Assembly (NCBI GenBank): GCA_037200925.1
Contig: JBBCGO010000001.1
Span: 696,235-760,234 of the forward strand
Direction of reading: 5' to 3'
DNA: 64,000 bases
Origin: Candidatus Doudnabacteria bacterium
Lineage (GTDB): Bacteria > Patescibacteriota > Doudnabacteria > UBA920 > O2-02-FULL-48-8
Shown: one piece after another, positions 40,205-49,094 of the stretch
How positions within the stretch are numbered: position 1 is the first letter of the stretch
Layout of the letters: the number at the start of each line of letters is the position of its first letter
Made by a program: the position numbers and the translations under genes
Notes under the pieces: model-generated
What the model saw: the letters and a program-made list of their open reading frames with translations, nothing else
Databases searched by the model: none
Told to the model about the DNA's origin: nothing

Positions 40205-41548
40205 ATGAAACTGAAAGAAACAAATATTGTCGTCCTGTTTACTATAGGCGGACTGCTGATTTTATCCATAAATCTAGCACAAGCTACAGATTATTCTTCC
40301 GCCAATTTCACCGTGACCAATCCGGTAATTGATACAGGCAGTGCTTCGTCGTCATCCGCTAATTTTGGTCTGGGGCAATCTTCCTCCCAAACCGCCATCG
40401 GTAGATCTTCATCCGGCAGTTTTCAGGTCTGGAGCGGGTTTCAATATTTTTTCAAAGTCAATGCCAATACGTTAACCGCGACCGCGGGAGACGGCTTGAT
40501 TGATTTGAGCTGGACCGTGCCGGCAACGTTTTTGGGGATCGCGGTTTCTTCATATGAAGTCGGTGTTGGGACCGTGTCCGGTTCCTATGTTTTTACCGAC
40601 GTAGGCAATGTTACAAGTTTTTCCAAAACGGGCTTGGCCAACGGCACGCCGTATTTTTTCAAGATCAAAGCCAAATCAGCCGGCGGTTTGCTGTTGGTGT
40701 TTTCCAACGAAGCATCAGCCACACCCGTGGGAGCAACTTATCCGACTCCTTACGCTACTCCTTATCAAACGCCGGGTGGAGGTGGTGGGGGAGGAGGCGG
40801 AGGCGGGTCACCACCCCCTCCACCGTCCGGTACCGCGAGTATTGTCCTGAAAGGTTTGGCGTCACCCGGAGCTTCTGTATTTGTTTTGCGTGACGGGGCC
40901 GTGGCCGCCACGAGCACTGCTGATCCGGCAGCGGGATTCAGCATAACCATAAGCGGCCTTGGCACAGGCATTTATTCGTTTACTCTTTATGCGGAGGATG
41001 TAAAGGGAGTGCGGACCTCTACCACCAGTTTCATACAAGCGTTGACCAATGGCGTCAGCACTACGGTTGATAATATTTTTTTGGGCCCCAGCATCGGCAC
41101 GGATAAAAGTGTTGTGAAGCTCGGCGATACTCTGAATATTTTCGGCTATACCGCGCCGACCTCGCAAGTTTCGGTATTCGTGAATTCTGCCCCGGTCATA
41201 ACTAAGGTTACCGCGGCCCAAAGCGGCGCCTGGTTTCAGGCCTTCAATACAGCCGTACTCGACCAAGGTGCGCACACCACCCGTTCACAGTCAGCCAAGG
41301 ACAATTTACTTTCGGTTTACAGCAATACCGTGGACTTTCAGGTAGGCGATACTTCCGTGCCAATCACTCCCGGCACCTGCGGCCGGTCAGACCTTAACTG
41401 CGACGGCAAGGTCAACTTGGTAGATTTTTCAATCTTGCTGTTCTTTTGGCAGCAGACCAACCCGTCAAATCCCAGAGCCGATATTAAGAAAGACGGCGTT
41501 GTCGATCTGACGGATTTTTCAATATTATTATTTGATTGGTCTGGCTGA
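40205..41548 (+). CDS. secreted FN3 + Ig-like protein with C-terminal dockerin
   Basis: Signal peptide; LSW..GLANGTPYFFKIKA; duplicated DLNCDGKVNLVDFSILL / DIKKDGVVDLTDFSILL. Confidence 0.82.
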   Translation: MKLKETNIVVLFTIGGLLILSINLAQATDYSSANFTVTNPVIDTGSASSSSANFGLGQSSSQTAIGRSSSGSFQVWSGFQYFFKVNANTLTATAGDGLIDLSWTVPATFLGIAVSSYEVGVGTVSGSYVFTDVGNVTSFSKTGLANGTPYFFKIKAKSAGGLLLVFSNEASATPVGATYPTPYATPYQTPGGGGGGGGGGGSPPPPPSGTASIVLKGLASPGASVFVLRDGAVAATSTADPAAGFSITISGLGTGIYSFTLYAEDVKGVRTSTTSFIQALTNGVSTTVDNIFLGPSIGTDKSVVKLGDTLNIFGYTAPTSQVSVFVNSAPVITKVTAAQSGAWFQAFNTAVLDQGAHTTRSQSAKDNLLSVYSNTVDFQVGDTSVPITPGTCGRSDLNCDGKVNLVDFSILLFFWQQTNPSNPRADIKKDGVVDLTDFSILLFDWSG

Positions 41549-41549
41549 T

Positions 41550-42779
41550 ATGAAGAAAAAAAATAAAAATCGAATTTGCGAGCGAAGCGAAGCAATCTAT
41601 TCCATGTCTAAGATTGCTTCGTCGCTGCGCTCCTCGCAAATGCCTATTATGCTTGGCTTGGTTTTATTTATCTTGTTTTTTAGCGTCTGCTCTCGAGCTC
41701 ACGCAGCCGTTCTCTTTTCCGGCGCTGCCAATCAGGACGTTTACGAAGGCCAGACGTTTGTAGTGGATTGGTATCTTGATTCCGAAGGCAAATCCATCAA
41801 TTCCCTTGATCTGAAACTGAATTTTTCCAAGGATACGTTGGAAGTATCCAATGCCACCGCAGGCAACAGCCTGATCAGTCTTTGGATAAAAGATCCGACC
41901 GCTGACAATTCAAACGGCAATGTTGAACTGGTGGGCGGGATCACAAACGGCATTAACAGCAACAAAATTCCGGTTTTCAGGACAGTATTTCGGGCCAAAA
42001 CCGCGGGGGCCGGATTTATTAATCTGGATCCCTCTTCAGTTGTTTTGTTGAATGACGGATCAGGAAGCAATGAACCGCTTAGATTTAAGAACGAAACGTT
42101 CGATGTCCTTCCTAAAGGTTTTATACCCATCCTAATCACCTCAACCAGCCATCCTGATCCCGATGCGTGGTACAAAAATCGTGACGTGGTGATCAAATTT
42201 ACCCCCAAAACGGGCGAAGACTACAGTTACAGTTTCAGTTCAAACATAGATATTATTCCGGATGATAAAAAACAGGATGTGCCGGCGCAGATTTCGTACC
42301 CAAACATGCCGGACGGCATTTATTACTTTAAATTGAATTCCAAAGTAGGAGATGCTAATTGGAGCGAGGCGGCAGTGTTTCGGGTCCAGATCGATGCCAC
42401 ACCACCTGAACCTTTCAGTCCGGCCATCGCTTCAGATCCGACGATCTTCGGCGGAAATAAATTTGTAAGTTTTTCCACAGTGGACAAAATCTCGGGAATA
42501 TCGTATTATAAAGTCCAAGTTGGTTTGTTCGGCCGATCCATTGAAACACAAAGTCCCTATAAATTGTCAAAACCTTTCGTCGGCGATTCGGTTCAGGTTG
42601 AAGCCGTAGATATAGCGGGGAACATGCGAGATGCCAGCATTGCGTTTCCCGGTTTTCTTTCAACAAAAGCATTTGAATGGATTTTAGTTTTGATAGGTCT
42701 TGCGGCAATTGCCCTGGGTTTTCGAAAACAAATCACAAAATTCATAACAAAAAGAAATGAAAATAACATCTCAACATAA
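41550..42779 (+). CDS. cohesin-domain protein, C-terminal TM
   Basis: GQTFVV..SINS..LNF..LEV, FRAK..G, VLLNDG; ITSTSHPD; TM plus basic tail. Confidence 0.75.
   Translation: MKKKNKNRICERSEAIYSMSKIASSLRSSQMPIMLGLVLFILFFSVCSRAHAAVLFSGAANQDVYEGQTFVVDWYLDSEGKSINSLDLKLNFSKDTLEVSNATAGNSLISLWIKDPTADNSNGNVELVGGITNGINSNKIPVFRTVFRAKTAGAGFINLDPSSVVLLNDGSGSNEPLRFKNETFDVLPKGFIPILITSTSHPDPDAWYKNRDVVIKFTPKTGEDYSYSFSSNIDIIPDDKKQDVPAQISYPNMPDGIYYFKLNSKVGDANWSEAAVFRVQIDATPPEPFSPAIASDPTIFGGNKFVSFSTVDKISGISYYKVQVGLFGRSIETQSPYKLSKPFVGDSVQVEAVDIAGNMRDASIAFPGFLSTKAFEWILVLIGLAAIALGFRKQITKFITKRNENNIST
41574..41641. repeat. REP-like palindromic element in frame within signal-peptide n-region
   Basis: ATTTGCGAGCGAAGCGAAGCAATCT..AGATTGCTTCGTCGCTGCGCTCCTCGCAAAT. 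Confidence 0.75.
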
Positions 42780-43758
42780 ATCCGGAATGACAATCCTCGG
42801 TTTTCTGGCGGTTTTTTTGTTTTTGCCCCAAATTTCTCACGCCGCAACCATATTCACCACTCCCTCCTCAGGAAGTTTTGGAGTAGGCTCTTCTTTTACA
42901 GTTTCCATAAAAACCAACACGCAGGGAGCTGCGGTCAACACTGCTGAAGCCACGATCTCTTATTCCACCGACACCCTGGACCTGGTCTCGGTCAAACAAG
43001 GTTCAACTTTTTTCCTCTCCGCACCCGGTTCGCCTGCCAAAGGAACAGGCACCGCTTATTTTGGCGGGGGAGTGCCCTCACCGGGTTACAATGGTAGCGG
43101 GGGCACTCTCGGTACCGCCACATTCCGCGCCAAGGCAGCGGGGGCAGCGACTGTCACTATCAGTTCCGGCAAGGTTTTATTGAATGACGGCAATGGCACT
43201 GATGCTTTTTCAGGCGGTTCAGGCGGCCGGTTTAATATTACGGCACCGGCGCCTTACGCAACCCCTTCAACATCACCGGCAGGCGCGTTAACCGTAACAG
43301 TGACATCCGGTACACATCCGGTGCAGGATAATTCGTACAGCAGCCGCGATGTTATTCTGAACTGGGATAGGCCGGCTGGTGTTTTTGGCTATAGTTTTGC
43401 GCTGGACCAAATTCCGGATACGATCCCTGACAATACATTAGATACGACGGTCACCACTACCAAGACATACACCGGTTTAGCGGACGGGACCTGGTATTTT
43501 CATATCAAGGCTCGTACGCAATCTTCTTCTGCCGGGTTTGGACCGACTACAAATTTTAAAATCCAAATTAATACCCAAAATCCAGCATCGCTGACTCCTC
43601 CGGCACCGATAGCGGCACCGGGTTCGGCAAGCGTCGGGTTTTTTCAGAGCACCGTGTCCGTTCCGGTCTATATTTTGTATTCACTGATTGTGCTGATCCT
43701 GATCTTGTCCGGATTTTTAATTTGGTTTATGGCTAAGAGCAGTAAGAAAAAGCGTTGA
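42757..43758 (+). CDS. cohesin-domain protein, C-terminal TM
   Basis: VGSSFTVSI..AVNTAEATISY, FRAKAAG, VLLNDGNGT; TM + KKKR. Confidence 0.78.
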   Translation: MKITSQHKSGMTILGFLAVFLFLPQISHAATIFTTPSSGSFGVGSSFTVSIKTNTQGAAVNTAEATISYSTDTLDLVSVKQGSTFFLSAPGSPAKGTGTAYFGGGVPSPGYNGSGGTLGTATFRAKAAGAATVTISSGKVLLNDGNGTDAFSGGSGGRFNITAPAPYATPSTSPAGALTVTVTSGTHPVQDNSYSSRDVILNWDRPAGVFGYSFALDQIPDTIPDNTLDTTVTTTKTYTGLADGTWYFHIKARTQSSSAGFGPTTNFKIQINTQNPASLTPPAPIAAPGSASVGFFQSTVSVPVYILYSLIVLILILSGFLIWFMAKSSKKKR

Positions 43759-44054
43759 TGAAAAAAATATTAATTGTTTTCGGAATCGTATTTGCTTTCG
43801 CGGTTTTGCCGCGGATGGTTTTGGCTGCAACTTTATATGCCAGCCCCTCCTCAGGAAGTTTTGGAGTAGGCTCTTCTTTTACAGTTTCCATAAAAACCAA
43901 CACGCAGGGAGCTGCGGTCAACACTGCTGAAGCCACGATCTCTTATTCCACCGACACCCTGGACCTGGTCTCGGTCAAACAAGGTTCAACTTTTTTCCTC
44001 TCCGCACCCGGTTCGCCTGCCAAAGGAACAGGCACCGCTTATTTTGGCGGGGGA
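42862..44054 (+). repeat. 210-bp identical direct repeat (42862-43071 / 43845-44054)
   Basis: Read base by base as identical in the two adjacent cohesin genes. Confidence 0.85.
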
Positions 44055-45179
44055 TTACCGACTCCAGGATATAATGATACTGCCGGCGTACTCGGCACCA
44101 TGACGTTCCGCGCCAAAGCTTCAGGCACGGGAATTGTTACGATCGATTCAGGAAAAGTTTTGTTGAATGACGGCAATGGCACCAATGCTTTTACTTCCAG
44201 CTCAGGCGGCCGATTTACGATAACAGCAGCATCGCTCCCAGCCGGCGCGGTCACAGTAACAAGCGTCACGGATCCGGTTTCTGATGATTGGTATAACCAA
44301 CCCAATGCGACTTTCAGCTGGGATCGGCCGGCCGGCGTTTTTGGTTATAGTTTTGTGCTGGATCAAATTCCTGATACTGTCCCGGATGATATTTTAGACA
44401 CGACTATCACAACTTCTAAATCATACACGGGTTTAACAGACGGAACTTGGTATTTCCATATTAAAGCGCGGGTGCAATCCGCATCTGCCGGGTTTGGCCG
44501 GACCACGGATTATAAAATTCAGGTTGATACGTCGTCGTCGCCGGCTTTTGAGGTGAAACTGCTCGGGGGAACTGATGCTAATCATGTGACCCAAACACCC
44601 ACGATAATATTTGAGGCAATGGATGCAACATCCGGCATTGATCATTATGAAATAGTCCTTGATAACCGGACAATCGCAAATAAAGCTGACTCGCCATATA
44701 CTTTTGATAAGATCGCAACCCCGGGCGCGCATTTAATCAAGGTTTTGGCTTTTGATAAAGCGGGTAACGAACAAACTGCCCAGCTGCCGATCCAGATCTC
44801 TGTGGCGGGCGGATTTTTGCAAAAAACCTGGACGCTCCCTGTATATCTTTTGCTGATCGTCAATCTGCTGATCCTGCTGATAATAACGCTGATCCTGTGG
44901 CTGATATTCAAGCGGAAGAAAAAGCGGACTGCTGTATCTGACGAGATCGCGGATATTCAAGCCGAGATCGATCACAGTTTGGAGCAACTGAAGCAGAGGA
45001 TCAACAATAAGCTTTTGACTCTGACAGCGCGGTCAACCCAGGAAATATTTAATAAGGAAGAACAAGCGTCTAAAGATATTTCGGTCAGCGTGAACAAAAC
45101 CCGCAAGAGCGTGGATAAGAAGATAGGCAAACTTTCCAGAAAAATTTCGAAACAAAAAGAAGACAAAATTTTAGAATAA
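43755..45179 (+). CDS. cohesin-domain protein, TM and cytoplasmic coiled coil
   Basis: Paralog of previous gene plus SGIDHYEI..AFDKAGN Ig domain, TM, KRKKKR, charged helical tail. Confidence 0.78.
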   Translation: MMKKILIVFGIVFAFAVLPRMVLAATLYASPSSGSFGVGSSFTVSIKTNTQGAAVNTAEATISYSTDTLDLVSVKQGSTFFLSAPGSPAKGTGTAYFGGGLPTPGYNDTAGVLGTMTFRAKASGTGIVTIDSGKVLLNDGNGTNAFTSSSGGRFTITAASLPAGAVTVTSVTDPVSDDWYNQPNATFSWDRPAGVFGYSFVLDQIPDTVPDDILDTTITTSKSYTGLTDGTWYFHIKARVQSASAGFGRTTDYKIQVDTSSSPAFEVKLLGGTDANHVTQTPTIIFEAMDATSGIDHYEIVLDNRTIANKADSPYTFDKIATPGAHLIKVLAFDKAGNEQTAQLPIQISVAGGFLQKTWTLPVYLLLIVNLLILLIITLILWLIFKRKKKRTAVSDEIADIQAEIDHSLEQLKQRINNKLLTLTARSTQEIFNKEEQASKDISVSVNKTRKSVDKKIGKLSRKISKQKEDKILE

Positions 45180-45222
45180 AAAGAAAACGCGGATCCAGAG
45201 GATTCGCGTTTTGACTCCCGCC

Positions 45223-45540
45223 TTAGGGTTGATTTTCCAGCAGAGAGCGGACCTTGTCCAGGAACTGCTGCTCTGTGAAAGGCCATGTGATCTCCGGTAT
45301 TCCGTTTCCTGCCAGAACCGGCGTAGTCACGAGGATTGTTTGGCCTGACAAAGATAAGTCTTTAACTACGATCCCGCCTCGATCGCCGATTTCATCGATG
45401 ACGATCAGATCTTGCCGGCTGCAGAATCTTTTGAGCTCATCCGCGTCCCTCGCACGCATAACCTGATACTCGTCATGCAGCCAGGTATGAAAGCGGTCAA
45501 GCTTGGTCTTCCTGATGCCTGCGATGAGAACTTTTTTCAT
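45223..45540 (-). CDS. degenerate receiver-like protein
   Basis: MKKVLIA..DLIVID..WPFTEQQFLDKVRSLL matches REC fold but lacks the acidic pocket and Lys. Confidence 0.5.
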   Translation of the reverse strand: MKKVLIAGIRKTKLDRFHTWLHDEYQVMRARDADELKRFCSRQDLIVIDEIGDRGGIVVKDLSLSGQTILVTTPVLAGNGIPEITWPFTEQQFLDKVRSLLENQP

Positions 45541-45902
45541 TTGCCGGCTCCGATCGAACGATCTCTTTCGCGGGGTTGGTTCGGGTTAACGACCACTACC
45601 TTGTATAGATAGTGACGGTGTTCATCGCCTTTGACAACACGTATTCTGTAAGCTGAGTTTGTGTGCTTCAAAGCTTCGGAGAGCCGATTGAAGGAGATCT
45701 TCTCATGGCTCCATCGGACGACACCGAGATATTGCAGTCTGGTTATGACCTCGTCGTAGCTGATGGGCTGATTGGAATTATCTTTGAAGACCTTTAAGTA
45801 CGCTAAAAAGAGAGGTCTGAGATTGAGAGAGAGAATTGCAGCCCAGTCCGACTCGGTTAACCGGTCCGTCACAATTTTTTCATACGCCCTTTGAGCGGCC
45901 AC
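45537..45902 (-). CDS. hypothetical protein, paralog of 48663-49094
   Basis: AAGGAGG RBS; LTxxDWxxIxS..P..L..LK..NxPIS motif. Confidence 0.7.
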   Translation of the reverse strand: MAAQRAYEKIVTDRLTESDWAAILSLNLRPLFLAYLKVFKDNSNQPISYDEVITRLQYLGVVRWSHEKISFNRLSEALKHTNSAYRIRVVKGDEHRHYLYKVVVVNPNQPRERDRSIGAGK

Positions 45903-45985
45903 TTGCTCCTCCTTCTGACTTTAGAATATATCAGATTTAAGCAAAAAGAAAACGCGGATTACGGGAATCCGCGTTTTGAGCAGGC

Positions 45986-46168
45986 TTACCTGAAAATTAG
46001 TTGGTGTGGACCTGCGATTTCGACTTTTCCTGCAAGTTCCAGCACACTTATTTTGAGATCTTTGCTCCTATCAGGCGCTTCTGTAGTGAGGCTGACAACG
46101 ACTGTGTCGCCAACTTCAAACAGCATCCAAACTCCTGGCGTGTCTTTTTGAGACACGTAAACTTTCAT
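45986..46168 (-). CDS. hypothetical protein (60 aa)
   Basis: GGAGG RBS, downstream hairpin. Confidence 0.6.
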   Translation of the reverse strand: MKVYVSQKDTPGVWMLFEVGDTVVVSLTTEAPDRSKDLKISVLELAGKVEIAGPHQLIFR

Positions 46169-46290
46169 GCGTCCTCCGTAGACTTTCGCTCGCCGCTAGT
46201 GTAGCATACCTAGCGCGTTTCGCAGTCCGAACTCAACGGGAAGAAACTTGATGACCATGTAACTCAAGAGAGCGTAGAAGAAAAAAAATG

Positions 46291-46461
46291 CTATGAATAA
46301 CCCGATAAGTTTCCGGCGCGGGATCTCTTGCACTCGCTCTCCTTATCCGTGGGTATTTGCCGCCGGTTCTTTAGGTAGGACACTCTGAGACTCAACCAGT
46401 CGTACCCTTCGCCCGCAATATAGAGAGAGTACCCGATCAAGTACCCAAGGAGTTTCTTCAT
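46291..46461 (-). CDS. hypothetical small protein (56 aa)
   Basis: GGAGG RBS before MKKLLG. Confidence 0.5.
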   Translation of the reverse strand: MKKLLGYLIGYSLYIAGEGYDWLSLRVSYLKNRRQIPTDKESECKRSRAGNLSGYS

Positions 46462-46604
46462 CTTATCCTCCTGCCAGGTCCATGTTATGGACATTTGAAT
46501 ATAGCAGGTTTGGCAAGTTTTGCCAATCCATAGAAATACTAATGAGTTTGCTACTGAGCAAAAAAAATCCTCCCAGCTCTGTTGCAGAACTAAGAGGAGT
46601 TTGA

Positions 46605-47033
46605 TCACTTTTTTTTCTTCAAGTAATCGTTGTTCAAGTGCTTAGCTATCGCCTCCGCCATTGACTGGCGGTTGGCCGCGCCCCGGCCTTTGTTCACGGA
46701 GTAACTCCAGAGCACGATGCCGTCTTTACTGACCAGAGTGACCGAAGTGGAACCCGTATCTGCGATCCCGGCGCAATAGGCAAACAGACACCTTGCGATC
46801 TTGCCGGCTCCGCTTTCAGATTTGATTTCTACTTTCGTCGCCTTTAGCGTGTAGGTCGAGCCTTCTTCTTTGGTCGTCACCTGCACTGCGACTTCCTTTT
46901 TCAGCATGGCGGCGGCGATGTATGTATCAAAGCCGTCTTCCATGGGTTCGATGTAGAGCGTCGGCTTCGGTGCCTGAGCGAGCGCATTCGCCGTTACAGT
47001 CAGCACCATGAGCATCATCAGCAATCGTTTCAT
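46605..47033 (-). CDS. secreted hypothetical protein
   Basis: Signal peptide ..ANALA-Q; 142 aa. Confidence 0.8.
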   Translation of the reverse strand: MKRLLMMLMVLTVTANALAQAPKPTLYIEPMEDGFDTYIAAAMLKKEVAVQVTTKEEGSTYTLKATKVEIKSESGAGKIARCLFAYCAGIADTGSTSVTLVSKDGIVLWSYSVNKGRGAANRQSMAEAIAKHLNNDYLKKKK

Positions 47034-47052
47034 CGGTCCTTCTTCCTGTGGG

Positions 47053-47469
47053 TTATTCGTCCGGGATTGGAATTTCTTCGGTCCGGTCCTCTACGCCGAA
47101 GATAAGTTTCGGGTTCATCATCTCCTGTTTTGAAAGCTCGGCCGTGATCTTGCTGCCGCCGGATTCAAGCAGTTTTTCCGCCAATCTCAAATAGAGCACG
47201 TCTTTTTCTTCTTGACTGCGTGCAAACGGCTCGATAGCGGTGCTTATGTATGCATCAAAGAAATGAAGCATGTCCTCATCCAGCCGCGCGGTGAAGCCAG
47301 GTTGGGCGCTTGCTTCTTTCGCAGACAGGAGCGCTACGAGAAACGAAGCTAGCCCCATGATCCACGCATCCGGTTGGTTTGCTTCCAAAATATTGTCGAA
47401 GAGCTTTTCCAAAAGTTTTTGCCTCTGCATATCACGAACCTGCCAGGCGGGCGCTGTTCCTTCTGACAT
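47053..47469 (-). CDS. hypothetical protein
   Basis: 138 aa, GGAGG RBS. Confidence 0.7.
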   Translation of the reverse strand: MSEGTAPAWQVRDMQRQKLLEKLFDNILEANQPDAWIMGLASFLVALLSAKEASAQPGFTARLDEDMLHFFDAYISTAIEPFARSQEEKDVLYLRLAEKLLESGGSKITAELSKQEMMNPKLIFGVEDRTEEIPIPDE

Positions 47470-47671
47470 AAGTCCTCCAAATCTTTTGATTGGTAAGGTC
47501 AGAGTTTCAGGCGGGTTTGCGTCGGTTCCGGACGTTTGAATATATCAGTTTTTGTCCGCAATGTCAATTGGTCAGTTCCCATTTTTTTAAAAAAGGACAA
47601 AAGAAAACCTCTCAGTTCTGTTGCAGAACTAAGAGGTTGAATTGCCTGGGGCTCAAGCAAACCTCAGGCAG

Positions 47672-47944
47672 TCAGCTATCGGAGGTTTTTTGGCGTTGCT
47701 CCAAAAATCTTCCTATACCCAGTATTTTCATCTTGTAGTTTATAACACGCGGGCTGATAGAAAGAAGTTCGGCTGCGCCTTTTTGCACCCAGTCACTCAT
47801 CCTGAGCGCTTCGATGATCGCCTGGCGCTCTATCTCTTTGAGGGAAGTGCCGGCGAGCGGAATGTGTACCAGTTTGCCGCAGGGTGGTTCATCAATTTTA
47901 TCGGGAGGCGGTTCCCGTCCTCCTCCGTCGAGTCCGTGGCTCAT
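47672..47944 (-). CDS. stand-alone Fis-type HTH protein
   Basis: SLKEIERQAIIEAL..WVQKGAAELLSISPRVINYKM resembles the HTH_8 tail of sigma54 activators. Confidence 0.85.
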   Translation of the reverse strand: MSHGLDGGGREPPPDKIDEPPCGKLVHIPLAGTSLKEIERQAIIEALRMSDWVQKGAAELLSISPRVINYKMKILGIGRFLEQRQKTSDS

Positions 47945-47972
47945 GCGGCTCCTCCTGTCGTTAAAGGAAGTT

Positions 47973-48134
47973 TTAGATAAGCGCGGCGTATGCCAGCATC
48001 GTAGCCAGCAAGAGAGCGGCGATCACCAGCCGTTTGTCTTTCTTGGGCGTAACCCGCTGGATCTTTCTGAGTGCAAAAACCGCCAGGGCGAGAATAGCCA
48101 CTCCGGATAAGACTTGGAAGTCGGTAGCATCCAT
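47973..48134 (-). CDS. small 2-TM protein (53 aa)
   Basis: Not in track: MDATDFQVLSGVAILALAVFALRK..; AAGGAGG RBS. Confidence 0.6.
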   Translation of the reverse strand: MDATDFQVLSGVAILALAVFALRKIQRVTPKKDKRLVIAALLLATMLAYAALI

Positions 48135-48149
48135 TGTCCCTCCTTTCGT

Positions 48150-48488
48150 CTACAGTGCCAGAAGTTTTTCTAGCAGCAAGTCTGGTGCATCCTTAGAGTT
48201 TTTCCAGACGAATGGCATGCCTTCGGGTACGTCCACAGGCCGCATGGTCGAGAACAGCACCACTTTTTTCCCCTGCGTCAGGAGTTGCTGCACGAACCGG
48301 AAACCGTCGTTGCGATTTTTCGGGTCAAGCGTGCCGTCGCAGATGATGCCGTCGAACCGGTCGTTGGACATTTCTTCGAGCGCACGAGAGATCTTGTCGG
48401 CCCAGACGACTTCGTGGCCGTGATCTTGCAAGTAACCTTGGACTGTCTTGGCCAGTTGTTCGTGGTCCTCGATATACAGGATCTTCAT
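48150..48488 (-). CDS. single-domain response regulator
   Basis: KILYIED, DGIICD, FST, K conserved. Confidence 0.85.
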   Translation of the reverse strand: MKILYIEDHEQLAKTVQGYLQDHGHEVVWADKISRALEEMSNDRFDGIICDGTLDPKNRNDGFRFVQQLLTQGKKVVLFSTMRPVDVPEGMPFVWKNSKDAPDLLLEKLLAL

Positions 48489-48662
48489 CTAAAGCCTCCG
48501 CTTTCGATTGTTCAGGTCTGTGTTCAGTCGTAGTTTGGGCCGGTTCTGACATTAAACTATATCAGATTCCAGGCAAAAAGAAAACCCCTTAGCTTTGTTG
48601 CAGAACTAAGAGGTTTTAAGCAAAACATCAAGTGCCTTGTGGTGCTATTGGCTGAACTCTTC

Positions 48663-49094
48663 TTATAGTTCCTGCGCCAATTGAAGACAACCTTTGAGCT
48701 TACGCATTCGGAACGGAAGACCTTTCCTGATGAAGAAGATGTCGTACCCTTTTGAAGAGTCGTACCCTAAAGGGGTCTCCTCAACAAGCTCCGGTATAGA
48801 CCAGGTACTGATTGGTTTGTTGTCGGTCTCGCGTAATTTCTTGAGAACCAGCAACTTTCTCGGCTTCCATTTGATACTGAATATCTTTCGCCAATCTTCT
48901 TTCGTGAGCCGAGTGTCGAACTGGCGATTCACAATGACGTTGTGCTGCACTACCAAACCGCGACGGGTATGCCGGGCAGTGAACACGATCTTGTCTTCGA
49001 GAATGGTCTTACCCGCAAGTGATTGCTTGATAGCTTTTGCAATTTCAAGAGCGAGAGGGGTCAGGGTAGTCATCTGGTCTGTTTTATGAGACAT
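48663..49094 (-). CDS. hypothetical basic protein, paralog of 45537-45902
   Basis: GGAGG RBS; LTKEDWRKIFSIKWKP..LK..NKPIS. Confidence 0.7.
   Translation of the reverse strand: MSHKTDQMTTLTPLALEIAKAIKQSLAGKTILEDKIVFTARHTRRGLVVQHNVIVNRQFDTRLTKEDWRKIFSIKWKPRKLLVLKKLRETDNKPISTWSIPELVEETPLGYDSSKGYDIFFIRKGLPFRMRKLKGCLQLAQEL

Larger units (their letters stand above)
46570..48617 (-). repeat. three copies of a TGTTGCAGAACTAAGAGG terminator module
   Basis: At ~46570-46604, 47599-47640 and 48575-48617, each just after a minus-strand gene. Confidence 0.8.

Noticed and set aside
42862-44054. DGR template/variable repeat pair
   Set aside because: Copies are identical with no adenine-specific mismatches, lie at 5' ends, and no reverse transcriptase is in the window
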